Origin: Mizuhopecten yessoensis
Taxonomy: Eukaryota
Assembly (NCBI RefSeq): GCF_002113885.1
Contig: NW_018408906.1
Span: forward strand, 395,033 to 459,032
Length of the DNA: 64,000 bases
Reading direction: 5' to 3'
The notes beneath the pieces were generated by a model that was not told the DNA's origin, ran no database searches, and saw only the letters and a list, made by a program, of their open reading frames with translations. Position numbers and translations under genes: made by a program. Positions 1-13,700 of this stretch are shown one piece after another (positions within the stretch are counted from its first letter, which is position 1; the number at the start of each line of letters is the position of its first letter).

Positions 1-3000
1 ACCTGGTATATCATTTCTAGCAACCCTAGGGTATTGTTTCTCTGTCACCCCTTCAGGTATGGTTTCTCTCTCTCGTTAAAACGATATCTCTGTCAACTCC
101 TAGGATATGATTTCTCTGTCACCCCTGGTATATGATTTCTAGCAACCCTAGGGTATTGTTTCTCTGTCACCCCTTCAGGTATGATTTCTTTCTCTAGCTA
201 TAACGATTTCTCTGTCAACTCCTAGGATATGATTTCTCTGTCACCCCTGGTATATGATTTCTAGCAACCCTAGGGTATTGTTTCTCTGTCACCCCTNNNN
301 NNNNNNNNNNNNNNNNNNNNNNAACTCCTAGGATATGATTTCTCTGTCACCCCTGGTATATGATTTCTAGCAACCCCAGGGTATTTTTCTCTGTCACCCC
401 TAGGGTATGATTTCACTGTCACTCACTGTGTAATAATTATACCTGTCAGCCCCTAGGATATGATTTTTCTGTCAGCCCCTAGGATATGATTTCTGTCACC
501 TCTACGGTATGATTTCTCTATTACCTCTATGATATGATTTCTGTCATCCCTAGGCTATGATTTCTGTCAACCCTAGGGTATGATTTCTCTGTCAACCCTA
601 GGATATGATTTCTCTGTCACCCCTGGTATATGATTTCTAGCAAACCTAGGGTATTGTTTCTCTGTCACCCCTTCAGGTATGATTTCTCTCTCTCTCTCGC
701 TAAAACGATATCTCTGTCAACTCCTAGGATATGATTTCTCTGTCATCCCTGGTAAATGATTTCTAGAAACCCTAGGGTATTGTTTCTCTGTCACTCCTTC
801 AGGTATGATTTCTCTCTCTCTCGCTAAAACGATTTCTCTGCCATCTCCTAGGATATGATTTCTCTGTCACCCCTGGTATATGATTTCTAGCAACCCTAGG
901 GTATTGTTTCTCTGTCACCCCTTGGGTATGATTTCACTGTCACTCACTGTGTAATGATTATCCCTGTCAGCCCCTAGGATATGATTTCTCTGTCACCCTT
1001 AGGCTATGATTTCTGTCACTTCTACGGTATGGTTTCTCTTTTACCTCTATGATATGATTTCTGTCATCCCTAGGGTGTGATTTCTCTCATCCCAAGTGTA
1101 TGATTTCTCTGTCACCCCTAGTGTGTGATTTCTCTGTCATCCCTAGGCTATGCTTTCTGTCAACCCTTGGGTATGGTTTCTCTGTCACCCCTAGGATATG
1201 CTTTCTGTCAACCCTAGGATTAAGTTTCTCTGTCACCCCAAGGTTATGATTTCTGTCAACACTAGGGTATGGTTTCTCTGTCACCCCAAGGATATGCTTT
1301 CTGTCACCCCAAGGTTATGATTTCTCTGTCACCCCTGGGATATGATTTCTGTCACCCCAAGGTTATGATTTCTCTGTCACCCATAGGATATGATTTCTGA
1401 CACCCCTAGGATGTTGTTTCTCTCTCACCCCTAGGGTATGATTTCTATCTCACCCCTAGGTTATGATTTCTCTGTCACCCCTAGTATATGATTTATGTCA
1501 CCCCTTCTCTGTCACCCCTAATATATGATTTCTGACACCCCTAGGGTATGATTTCTCTCTCACCCCTAAGGTATGATTTCTCTGTCACCCCTAGTATATG
1601 ATTACTATCAACCCTATGGTATGGGTTCTCTGTCACCCCTTAAGGTATGATTTGTCTCACCCCTGTCACCCCGAGGGTACTGTTTCTATGTCACCTTCTA
1701 GGGTATGATTTCTGCATCTGACCCTAGGTTATGAATTATCTGTTACCCATTAGGGTATGATTTATCTGTTACTAACAAGGATACGATTTTTCTGTGTTAC
1801 TAGGTTATGATTTTTCTGTGTTACTAGGGTATGATTTTTCTGTGTTAATAGGGTATGATTTTTCTTTGTTACTAGGGTATAATCTTTCTGTGTTACTAGG
1901 GGATGATTTTTCTGTGTTACAAGGGTATGATTTCTGTCAACCCCTAGGATACGATTTTTCTGTCACCACCTCCACTAACAAGGATACGATTTTTCTGTCA
2001 CCACCTCCACTAACAAGGATACGATTTTTCTGTGTTACTCGGGTATGATTTTTCTGTCACTAACAAGGATACAATTTTTCTGTGTTACTGGGGTATGATT
2101 TTTCTGTCACTAACAAGGATACAATTTTTCTGTGTTACTCGGGTATGATTTTTCTGTCACTAACAAGGATACAATTTTTCTGTGTTACTGGGGTATGATT
2201 TTTCTGTGTTCCTAGGGTATATTTTTTCTGAGTTACTAGGGTATGATTTCCCTGTGTTACTAGGGTATGATTTAGGATATGATTTCTCTGTCACCCCTGG
2301 TATATGATTTCTAGAAACCCTAGGGTATTGTTTCTCTGTCACCCCTAGGGTATGATTTATGTCACACCCTAGGTAGGGTATATTTTTTCTATGTTACTAG
2401 GGTATGATTTTTTCTGTGTTACTAGTGTCACCCCAAGGTTATGATTTCTCTGTCACCCCTGGTATATGATTTCTAGCAACCCTAGGGTATTGTTTCTCTG
2501 TCCCCCCTTCAGGTATGATTTCTTTCTCTAGCTATAACGATTTCTCTGTCAACTCCTAGGATATGATTTCTCTGTCACCCCTGGTATATGATTTCTAGAA
2601 TCCCTAGGGTATTGTTTCTCTGTCACCCCTTCAGGTATGATTTCTCTCTCTCGCTTAAACGATATCTCTGTCAACTCCTAGGATATGATTTCTCTGTCAC
2701 CCCTGGTATATGATTTCTAGAATCCCTAGGGTATTGTTTCTCTGTCCCCCCTTCAGGTATGATTTCTTTCTCTAGCTATAACGATTTCTCTGTCAACTCC
2801 TAGGATATGATTTCTCTGTCACCCCTGGTATATGATTTCTAGAAACCCTAGGGTATTGTTTCTCTGTCACCCCTAGGGTATGATTTATGTCACACCCTAG
2901 GTAGGGTATATTTTTTCTGTGTTACTCGGGTATGATTTTTCTGTCACGAACAAGGATACTATTTTTCTGTGTTACTATGGTATGATTTATCTGTCACTAA

Positions 3001-4600
3001 CAAGGGTATGATTTTTCTGTGTTAATAGGGTATGATTTTTCTGGGTTACTAGGGTATGATTTAGGATATGATTTCTCTGTCACCCCTGGTATATGATTTC
3101 TAGAAACCCTAGGGTATTGTTTCTCTGTCACCCCTAGGGTATGATTTATGTCACACCCTAGGTAGGGTATATTTTTTCTATGTTACTAGGGTATGATTGT
3201 TCTGTGTTACTAGGGTTTGATTTTTCTGTGTTACTAGGGTATGATTTATCTGTCACTAACAAGGGTATGATTTTTCTGTGTTACTAGGGTTTGATTTTTC
3301 TGTGTTACAAGGGTATGATTTATCTATCACTAACAAGGATACGATTTTTCTGTGTTACTAGGGTATTATTTTTCTGTGTTACTAGGGTATATTTTTTCTG
3401 TGTTAATAGGGTATGATTTTTCTGTGTTACAAGGGTATGATTTCTGTCACCCCCTAGGATACGATTTTTCTGTCACCCCCTCCGGTACAGGGGATGATTT
3501 CACTGTCACCCATAGGGTATGATTTATCTGTCACAACAAGGATAGGATTTTTCTGTCCCCCCCTACGGTACAGGGGATGATTTCACTGTCACCCATAGGG
3601 TATGATTTATCTGTCACTAACAAGGATACGATTTTTCTGTGTTACTAGGGTATGATTTTTTTGTGTTACTAGGGTATGATTTATCTGTCACTAACAAGGA
3701 TAGGATTTTTCTGTCACCCCCTCCGGTACAGGGGATGATTTCACTGTCACCCATAGGGTATGATTTATCTGTTACCCACTAGGGTTTGATTTTTCTGTGT
3801 TACAAGGGAATGATTTCTGTCAACCCCTAGGATACGATTTTTCTGTCACCCCCTCGGGTACAGGGGATGATTTCGCTTTCACCCATAGGGTATGATTTAT
3901 CTGTTACCCACTAGGGTTTGATTTTTCTGTGTTACAAGGGTATGATTTCTGTCAACCCCTAGGATACGATTTTTCTGTCACCACCTCCGGTACAGGGGAT
4001 GATTTCACTGTCACCCATAGGGTATGATTTATCTGTTACCCACTAGGGTTTGATTTTTCTGTGTTACAAGGGAATGATTTCTGTCAACCCCTAGGATACG
4101 ATTTTTCTGTCACCCCCTCGGGTACAGGGGATGATTTCGCTTTCACCCATAGGGTATGATTTATCTGTAACCCACTAGGGTTTGATTTTTCTGTGTTACA
4201 AGGGTATGATTTCTGTCAACCCCTAGGATACGATTTTTCTGTCACCCCCTCGGGTACAGGGGATGATTTTGTTGTCACTCACTGTGGAATGATTATATCT
4301 GTCAGCCCCTAGGGTATGATTTATGTCACACCCTAGGGTATGATTTATGTCACACCCTAGGGCATGATTTCTGTGTCACCCCCCAGTGTATAACTTCTCT
4401 GTTAGCCCCTAGGGTATGATTTCTCTATCACCCACCAGGGTACGATTTCTCTGTTACCTGCTAGGGTATGATTTATCTGCCTCTTCCCCCCCGCCCCGGT
4501 ATGATTTCTCTGCCCCCNNNNNNNNNNNNNNNGTAGGTTTTCTCTCTCTTCCCCTAGGGAATTATTTCTCCACCCCATGTGGTACGATTTTTCTGACACC
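1..4600. repeat. 23-25 bp minisatellite (TATGATTTCTCTGTCACCCCTAGGG-like) with ~125 bp higher-order units; intronic in the left ZNFX1-like copy
   Basis: Over a hundred variant units are directly visible, with two small N gaps. A homologous array lies at 35474-37690. Confidence 0.95.
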
Positions 4601-4725
4601 CCTATGTATAGTATTCCTTAAATCGTTGTCAAACCGTTACTGTCATATTCTGACAAAGACCTTTTAAAAATATACATTTCTAACGCGTTAAAACATGTAT
4701 GTTGAAATTGTATTTAGCCACTCAC

Positions 4726-4763
4726 CTGCCAGTATTGTTGCCATACTCATCGTCAGAATCCAT
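4726..4763 (-). CDS. ATG exon (MDSDDEYGNNTG, phase 2) of a second ZNFX1-like copy; the remainder would lie left of the window
   Basis: Identical to 37814-37851. Acceptor TTTTTCCAG (exon starts 4818), donor GTGAGT. Confidence 0.6.
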
Positions 4764-6036
4764 TGTCTATTTGACTGCCATCTATGTAAGTCAACTAGCT
4801 CCTTCAGCATCTAAATTCCTGGAAAAATGTAAAACTATAAATTACACTAACACATGAACAGCGTACGTGTATTTGCAATGTATTTTAAGTGATTTATCAA
4901 GAAGCACTGCTTAGAAATGGGAGGGAATGTGTGTCATTTTATACATTCAACTGTCTGACTTGTCGCAATGAAAGCTTAAAAGATATAAATCCTGTTCAAG
5001 TTGTTGAAGAGCTGGGGTAAAATGTCTCATTGCGTGGACACTTGACTACCTTTGAAACACTGCCCTACATTTTTCCATATATGTGACCACAAGACCCTTT
5101 AAAAACATAATAGGCCTACAACATTATCGTAAAAGGCACACTACTCCCAAAGGCCATTCAAAATTTACAATACAGCACTTCCGCATTACGTGGGGTAAAA
5201 ATGGCCGCGAAACTTAATTGCAGCTAAAGTTGCCTGGTATATTTTTTGGCAATATATGTCCACCTACCCCTCCGATGCATAGATCATTTACTCCACAACC
5301 TTACCTTATATGGAACATTATCTTATATGGAACATCATCATATTTCCCCAGGCTTACCCATTTAACTCCTCAAACATTATAATACAACAGTTTCGCTTTA
5401 ATCGTATTTGTATGGTACCCTTCCTAATTTCAACCCCAGCCGCTTCACTCATTCACCCCTGGAATTTAACAATAGACTTTCCCATGTATTGTTTTGGAAG
5501 AGTCTGAATGTGACATCCAGTGGATTACGTCAATACACAGTGAGTAGATATATAGTGCAAATTGGCCTAGCGATCTAAAATTATATTACTTCCTTAATTG
5601 CTGATCAGGATGAAACGAAGATCCACCGATTTAGCTATTAACTATATATAACTATATAAGATAAGATATTGATTGAGCATTGTATGATATAAATATGCAA
5701 TATTCAATTCCTTAATGGCTTCAGTCATTTCCATGCAAGGTTATATAATCATTTACCTACCCTACAGTCTGTCTGCGGCTGCACCGGAACACGCACGGAT
5801 ACAATATAGCACCTGATCACACGTCACAAATAATTGACCTGCAGAAAATTCCTATGCAGCGAGTATACACAGTAAATAAGGATCACCTCTATATACGCTA
5901 GTTGTCAGACGTCACCCATATATAGATAATTTATAAGTACACACGTATGCTTACCTGATAACAGTAACGACACCAAGTATATGTGTTTTCAGAAAATCAA
6001 TTTCTGCAATTCTGTTAAACACACTTCAAAAAGGGT

Positions 6037-6048
6037 GGTTTCGCTTTC
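6037..6048 (-). promoter_or_regulatory. ISRE/IRF-E-like motif GAAAGCGAAACC upstream of the left ZNFX1-like copy
   Basis: Matches GAAANNGAAA(C/G)Y and lies just upstream of the putative non-coding exon donor at ~5953. Conserved at 38978-38989. Confidence 0.4.
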
Positions 6049-7889
6049 TCTTCAACGTATATATACCTTATTTCTTGAAATCGTGAACTCTGTACGTATA
6101 GCTATGTTTTTGAATGCACCGTTTTGATGTACGTATTGTAATGAATACACAAGAGCACACAGCATCTAACCGATCAAGACAATGGAAATATTTCTACATT
6201 GTACGACGGGTTCCGCGTGAAACCACAGTGCTGAGCACACAAAATCTATTTTGTTACGTGTAATGAATGCTAATTAAGTTATGCCTATGCATGCGCACCA
6301 GTGTTTCCTACGAAAATCCTTACGATAGGAAATAGCTTTGAGTCAGGGAACGTTCCTTATTTCAATTAATTGAGAAGTACTGTCAAGTATGGCGTATATT
6401 TACAATTATTGAATACAAATATAAATTATTGCACATATATTTACATTTATTGAATATTAATATAAAATTTCGAACATACATATAAAATTGTTGAATATTG
6501 CAACGTTTGACGCGCCATACTCTTGCACATGCATGCCCGTGTTTCTCATTAAATGATATACACAAAAGTATTGAATAATCATTCGAAGTATGCCTTAAGC
6601 ATTTTTGAAATATGCTTGACTGATGCCAGACGAATTTCTGCTAACTCTTGATGTATTAAGTTCATACGTTATTTTGCTACCAATCAGTAGGTGAAATATT
6701 CATTGATCCAAAGGGAGTGTGCATTATTTTGCCGTGTGCTGTTATAGTTAGGTTTTGATAATAATGAAACAAACTCTGTCAACTTATATTATGTTAATAT
6801 TTCTTGTAGCTTCGAATTGAAGAGCGTGTTCTTTATGTGAGAGGAGAACACTCACGTGGTCGGGCAAGTGGTACAAAACCTTTACACTTTGGATCGGGGG
6901 AATGAATCCCGGCCGTCTTGGTGAAAAGCTAGTGACCCTATATCTATCTTCTGCCCCACCCGATAAAACATTAGGCGAAATGATACTAGAACCGTACAAA
7001 TGACCTTTTCCCTTAGAGGTCACCGCTATAACAATTTCAAAAATAATACCAGGTATGATATGAAACAATAGAAACAGCGGCAACTCTATAGGCCAGAGAC
7101 TTGGAAGATTGCTACAGCATGAAATAATCTAAAACTACGCGTGCATGCATGTAATTAAATCAGACTTACAGCAAACCAGCACGTCCTTTACCTTGAAGTA
7201 AAGTAAAAACCGCAATCGGAATCACAGGGACCTTATTTGGACCTAAAATAAGGTGGTCAGAGTAATTTCACACGTTCAATGGGTGTAGATCATCTTTCGG
7301 TAAAAACAAAATGTCACCCCAAATGACCGAAATTTGATCTAAACCAATAAAACGCATGTTTTTTTTTGATGAACACCTTAGTTAAGGTTCAAATATATAT
7401 AGCTGTAACAAATTCTCAGGTCCCTGTGATCGGAATTGGGACTAATGCACTCGAATCTGATTAAGATGATTTTAGGTTATGTATATAAAAAGCGATATAT
7501 ACACACTGTTAGCATTGCAGCCTACGAATGAAGTAATATATTGAAACATAAAATCGGGAAAGGTTTCCACTCACATACGAAATCATTCAATGACATGGTT
7601 TCTAGTATAGAATACAAAGTATACACACCAGACGCAGCACTTCTTAAAATTCGGTAACAAAAAGTAAATACACATGTTGAGATACATTGTTAACCAAACA
7701 CCAGCTGTACATATTCGAATTGCTGTTACATGTATGCATTACGTTTGCATGTGTCATATAGAACGCAAAAAATACATAATCTACATATTTGAATCTGTTT
7801 CTACAACTGTGCGTGTATTGTCAATGCAGTTGGTTGAGAGAAAGAGTTAGATAATCTATATATAATTCCTACAATTAAATGAATGTTCA

Positions 7890-8030
7890 TGTAACAGGAA
7901 AGAGAATAGTGTCCTTCCTACGGGGATCGAACCCGCGATCCCTCTCCACTGAGCTAAAGGGAATTTCCCTCTAGCTCGAAGCGCAGCTAGAAGGCGACCG
8001 TAATCATATGCACAATTAAAATCTGCCACA
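7890..8030 (-). mobile_element. Solo LTR of the tRNA-containing TRIM
   Basis: TG...CA termini, with A/B-box-like TAGCTCAGTGG and GGTTCGATCCC on the minus strand. The orthologous site in the duplicate holds the two-LTR element. Confidence 0.7.
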
Positions 8031-9335
8031 CATAAAATAATTTAAGTCCCCTATATTCTTCTATCTTCTTCTTCCGTCTGTTAGTGTCCCAAGATTTTTT
8101 TTTACAATTTATTAAACTTGATTTTTATTATTCTCTCAGACTTCCAAAGCCATGTTAGTTAGATCTTACTTCCTTTTTAGCTGGGAGCCTTACGTGAGAT
8201 CATTGCAATTGGCTAATAGAGATTTTGTGTCATTTAGGGTTATTCTTGTGACATTCTGGATGATTCTCGTCATATTATTATTGAGTGATCTGGTTAAATG
8301 GTCTAGCCAGTCGAGAAGGTTAAACGGAATATTAATAAAATATCCGTTTATGCCAAATTATGGTGGAAAAAAATAGCGGCCTTCTAAGCACATAATATGA
8401 ATAAATAAATAAATTTGAAATTATTTATGGAGTTATCAGATGTGTTTTCTTTTTCTGAATTGAGGAAATACAAAAATATCGAAAGCTTTACAATAAATAT
8501 ATGGTGTACGGTAATTATATATATAAGTGTAAGGGATCGAGAGTGTGCGACCAACAGATTCTATGTGATGGCGGTTATCTCCCTTGCTATGACGATCTTT
8601 AGTGTAAAGGAAGAAAATGGTGTAAGCCTGTTGACCGACGATGTTTCACACATGATTTCAAGGATACTTTGCGTAATTATTTGTTTCTGAGGTAATTACC
8701 AGTTTGTACCGGTTGTCACGACAATGAACATAATATTTGTATGCATAAATGTTATTTTCTTGAATTCGAAATTGATTTCAGCCATACCGTATATTGTCTC
8801 AGCACGTGGGGGATCTCGATGTTCCATTCCAGGTTTGGGGTGACATATGTCTGATCATTTAAACAATAACTGGTTGTCTACTTTGGATGTAATTATTGTT
8901 GATATAATTACAAGTAACCTCGGGCAAATCTACCATAAAANTATATTTACATATTTTTTATTTTTAAGACATATATTCCTACAAAAACCATTTGCCCTGC
9001 CTCAAAATACATTTCAGGCGGCCATTTTGTTTGTTTACATATTCCTACACCTGAAACAGGCAGTTGTAATTATAGTCGAGCAGTTGTAATTATAGCCTAT
9101 ATAATTACACTTGCCCTCTAACACTGTTGTAGTGGGATGGCGCGGGGGCAAATGTAAATATATGATGATGGACCGACCATCGTTTTAGGGAATGTCCCTG
9201 TTTAAAGCGACAAATTATTCGAGGTAATATAGCTGTTTACAGTGACAAAAATGCCTTGCTTCACATTCTAGAATAAAAATACATATAATATGCTTTGTCG
9301 TAATTTTCTTGAAACATACACAAGGTATTACCATT

Positions 9336-9542
9336 TTAATAGGACGAGGAATAGTGATAAAGATAGTGCCGTCACTGGGGCTCGAACCTGCGACCCTTGG
9401 CTCTCCAGCCCGATGCTCTACTGCTGAGCTAAAGGGAAATTCCCTACATCTGATACTTGTAAGGCTACCTAAGCAATGCTCATCTTTTACACCAAAAGGT
9501 GATAGTAATCCTGCAGTTAGATAACAGTTGCCTGTTCTGACA
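9336..9542 (-). mobile_element. Second tRNA-derived repeat family (solo-LTR-like or SINE head); copy at 42241-42439
   Basis: Minus strand reads TAGCTCAGCAGTAGAGCA...GGTTCGAGCCCC. It shares the GCTAAAGGGAAATTCCCT motif with the TRIM LTR, and the 42241 copy has TG...CA ends. Confidence 0.5.
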
Positions 9543-10535
9543 TGAAGAATTATTACTCAGGCATGTGGGTTTCAGACGATTCGTCACCAAATCTGTTCCG
9601 TCCCAAGCTTTTTTGCTCCATTTTACTTCATAACGCTCAAAAAAAATCTTCCCAAAACTTCCTAACGCCCTTAAACTGTTTAGACAACCACTTCAAGAAT
9701 CATCCTGTAGTTTATGACATTGAAACTCAGCTTGTAGAATAATCGCCTGCATTCAGAATAATCATAAGGTAAAAAAAATATGTAACAAACCATCATTATT
9801 ACCCAAAAAAATGTTCATTTTTCAGTTTGCATCGATGTATTATATATAAGTTGTTTATTCAGGCAAATGAATGATAATAGTTTTTTTGGGTGATATGGGC
9901 ATTGGCTAAATTTGGGCAATATAGATGTCAATTTGGATTGAAATAAGAATACATTTTGGGGTGTTAGTAAAAAAAATCACTTTTCTAAGTAAACGAAGTA
10001 GATCCTATGGAAAAGATATTGTTAAAAAATGTAGAAGATACAAAAATTGAAATAATTTTGAAAACATCTCATCAAGACACTCTTACATTATTTTGGACTT
10101 TACAAGTATCACAGTATGTAATACAGCATGTGTCCCAAACTTATTACGACAAATGCAGTACATGTAAGTACTTGGGCTGTCACAATATATTGGAAAACTT
10201 GTACATCGTTATATTCACAGGCATATCATATCGTATCGCAATACACAAATGAAATGTTGTTGTATTGCAATAATTTTCAAAATCTTGTTTTTATGAATTA
10301 TGCTAGGTGCTTTTAACCTTACAAACTCCATTGTACTACATATTGTACCAGTTATGCCAATAACCATACACAGGCTATATTTGCGGTGGAAATCAGTTTA
10401 AATTTCATAATTGATGGTTTGTATAGCGATTTAAATCTTAATTAGCATCTTTTTCCAATGACAATATCGGATACGTATCGCAATATATGTGTATTGCAAT
10501 ATATTGTGATATACTCCAGGTATATTGTGACACCT

Positions 10536-10775
10536 GGGCCCATATTCATGAAACCGTTCTCATGCTCAAGCATGGATTTTGTGCTCAAACCAACATTCTT
10601 GTAACTCACTTAAATCATGTCAAACGATCAAAACGTCAAATGAAAACATTGAAAACAGTATTTGACTTTAAGTCTCTTCAAAGTTTTTCCAAATCATTGA
10701 AAAAATAAAATTTTATTATCAAGTTATAACCGGAACAAGAAATTAGACTTGAGCACAAATCCCATATTTGAGCAT
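10536..10775. mobile_element. MITE (PIF/Harbinger-like), right TIR truncated by the satellite
   Basis: The intact copy at 43437-43700 has ~50 bp TIRs. Here the right TIR stops at GAGCAT. Confidence 0.65.
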
Positions 10776-13700
10776 TCTGTGAGGGTACATGCTAACATGT
10801 CCATATCTGTGAGGGTACATGCATGCATGTACATATCTGTGAGGGTTCATGCATGCATGTACATGTCTGTGAGGGTGGATGCTTGCATGTACATGTCTGT
10901 GAGGGTAGATGCTTGCATGTACATATCTGTGAGGGTACATGCTAACATGTACATATCTGTGAGGGTACATGGTAACATGTATATATCTGTGAGGGTACAT
11001 GCTTGCATGTACATATCTGTGAGGGTTATGCTTGCATGTACATATCTGTGAGGGTACATGCTTACATGTATATATCTGTGAGGGTACATGTTAACATGTA
11101 TATATCTGTGAGGGTACATGCTTGCATGTACATGTCTGTGAGGGTACATGCTTACATGTCCATATATTGAGGGTACATGCTTACATGTACATATCTGTGA
11201 GGGTCATGCTTGCATGTACATATCTGTGAGGGTACATGCTTACATGTACATATCTGTGAGGGTTATGCTTACATGTACATATCTGTGAGGGTCATGCTTG
11301 CATGTACATATCTGTGAGGGTGCATGCTAACATGTACATATCTGTGAGGGTGCATGCTAACATGTACATATCTGTGAGGGTTCATGCTAACATTTGTATA
11401 TCTGTGAGGGTACATGCTTGCATGTACATATCTGTGAGGGTTCATGCATGCATGTACATGTCTGTGAGGGTAGATGCTTGCATGTACATATCTGTGAGGG
11501 TACATGCTAACATGTACATATCTGTGAGGGTACATGCTAACATGTCCATATCTGTAAGGGTACATGCTTGCATGTATATATCTGTGAGGGTACATGCTAA
11601 CATGTACATATCTGTAAGGGTACATGCTAACATGTCCATATCTGTAAGGGTACATGCTAACATGTACATATCTGTAAGGGTACATGCTAACATGTCCATA
11701 TCTGTAAGGGTACATACTAACATGTACATATCTGTGAGGGTACATGCTAACATGTCCATATCTGTAAGGGTAGATGCTTGCATGTACATATCTGTGAGGG
11801 TACATGCTAACATGTACATATCTGTGAGGGTACATGGTAACATGTATATATCTGTGAGGGTACATGCTTGCATGTACATATCTGTGAGGGTTATGCTTGT
11901 ATGTACATATCTGTGAGGGTGTATGCTTACATGTATATATTTGTGAGGGTACATGCTAACATGTATATATCTGTGAGGGTACATGCTTGCATGTACATGT
12001 CTGTGAGGGTATATGCTTACATGTCCATATATGGAGGGTACATGCTAACATGTACATATCTGTGAGGGTTATGCTTACATGTACATATCTGTGAGGGTCA
12101 TGCTTGCATGTACATATCTGTGAGGGTACATGCTAACATGTATATATCTGTGAGGGTACATGCTAACATGTATATATCTGTGAGGGTACATGCTAACATG
12201 TACATATCTGTGAGGGTGCATGCTAACATGTACATATCTGTGAGGGTGCATGCTAACATGTACATATATGTGAGGTACATGCTTGCATGTACATATATGT
12301 GAGGTACATGCTTGCATGTATATATCTGTGAGGGTACATGCTAACATGTATATATCTGTGAGGGTACATGCTAACATGTATATATCTGTGAGGGTACATG
12401 CTAACATGTACATATCTGTGAGGGTGCATGCTAACATGTACATATCTGTGAGGGTGCATGCTAACATGTACATATATGTGAGGTACATGCTTGCATGTAC
12501 ATATATGTGAGGTACATGCTTGCATGTATATATCTGTGAGGGTACATGCTAACATGTATATATCTGTGAGGGTACATGCTTGCATGCACATGTCTGTGAG
12601 GGTACATGCTTGCATGTGCATATATGGAAGGTACATGCTTGCATGTACATATCTGTGAGGGTACATGCTTACATGTACATATCTGTGAGGGTTATGCTTA
12701 CATGTACATATCTGTGAGAGTCATGCTTGCATGTACATATCTGTGAGGGTGCATGCTAACATGTACATATCTGTGAGGGTGCATGCTTGCATGTACATGT
12801 CTGTGAGGGTACATGCTAACATGTCCATATCTGTGAGGGTACATGCTTGCATGTTCATATCTGTGAGGGTACATGCTAACATTTATATATCTGTGAGGGT
12901 ACATGCTTGCATGTACATATCTGTGAGGGTTCCTGCATGCATGTACATGTCTGTAAGGGTAGATGCTTGCATGTACATATCTGTGAGGGTACATGCTAAC
13001 ATGTACATATCTGTGAGGGTACATGGTAACATGTATATATCTGTGAGGGTACATGCTTGCATGTACATATCTGTGAGGGTTATGCTTGTATGTACATATC
13101 TGTGAGGGTGTATGCTTACATGTATATATTTGTGAGGGTACATGCTAACATGTATATATCTGTGAGGGTACATGCTTGCATGTACATGTCTGTGAGGGTA
13201 TATGCTTACATGTCCATATATGGAGGGTACATGCTAACATGTACATATCTGTGAGGGTTATGCTTACATGTACATATCTGTGAGGGTCATGCTTGCATGT
13301 ACATATCTGTGAGGGTACATGCTAACATGTATATATCTGTGAGGGTACATGCTAACATGTATATATCTGTGAGGGTACATGCTAACATGTACATATCTGT
13401 GAGGGTGCATGCTAACATGTACATATCTGTGAGGGTGCATGCTAACATGTACATATATGTGAGGTACATGCTTGCATGTACATATATGTGAGGTACATGC
13501 TTGCATGTATATATCTGTGAGGGTACATGCTAACATGTATATATCTGTGAGGGTACATGCTTGCATGCACATGTCTGTGAGGGTACATGCTTGCATGTGC
13601 ATATATGGAAGGTACATGCTTGCATGTACATATCTGTGAGGGTACATGCTTACATGTACATATCTGTGAGGGTTATGCTTACATGTACATATCTGTGAGA

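Larger units (their letters stand above)
1..10775 (+). repeat. Segmental duplication, left copy (homologous to ~35474-43676)
   Basis: 4533-10775 aligns co-linearly with 37621-43676 (offset 33088 at the ATG exon), and the duplicated ORFs in the track are near-identical. The right breakpoint is at ...TTTGAGCAT (10775/43676). Confidence 0.93.

Noticed and set aside
1087-4667. ORFs in the first minisatellite (and 35959-37624)
   Set aside because: Artefacts of the tandem repeat, which lies in an intron.
6071-6080. STAT/GAS site TTCTTGAA near the ISRE-like motif
   Set aside because: The spacer is 2 nt rather than the canonical 3, and the word is common in AT-rich DNA.
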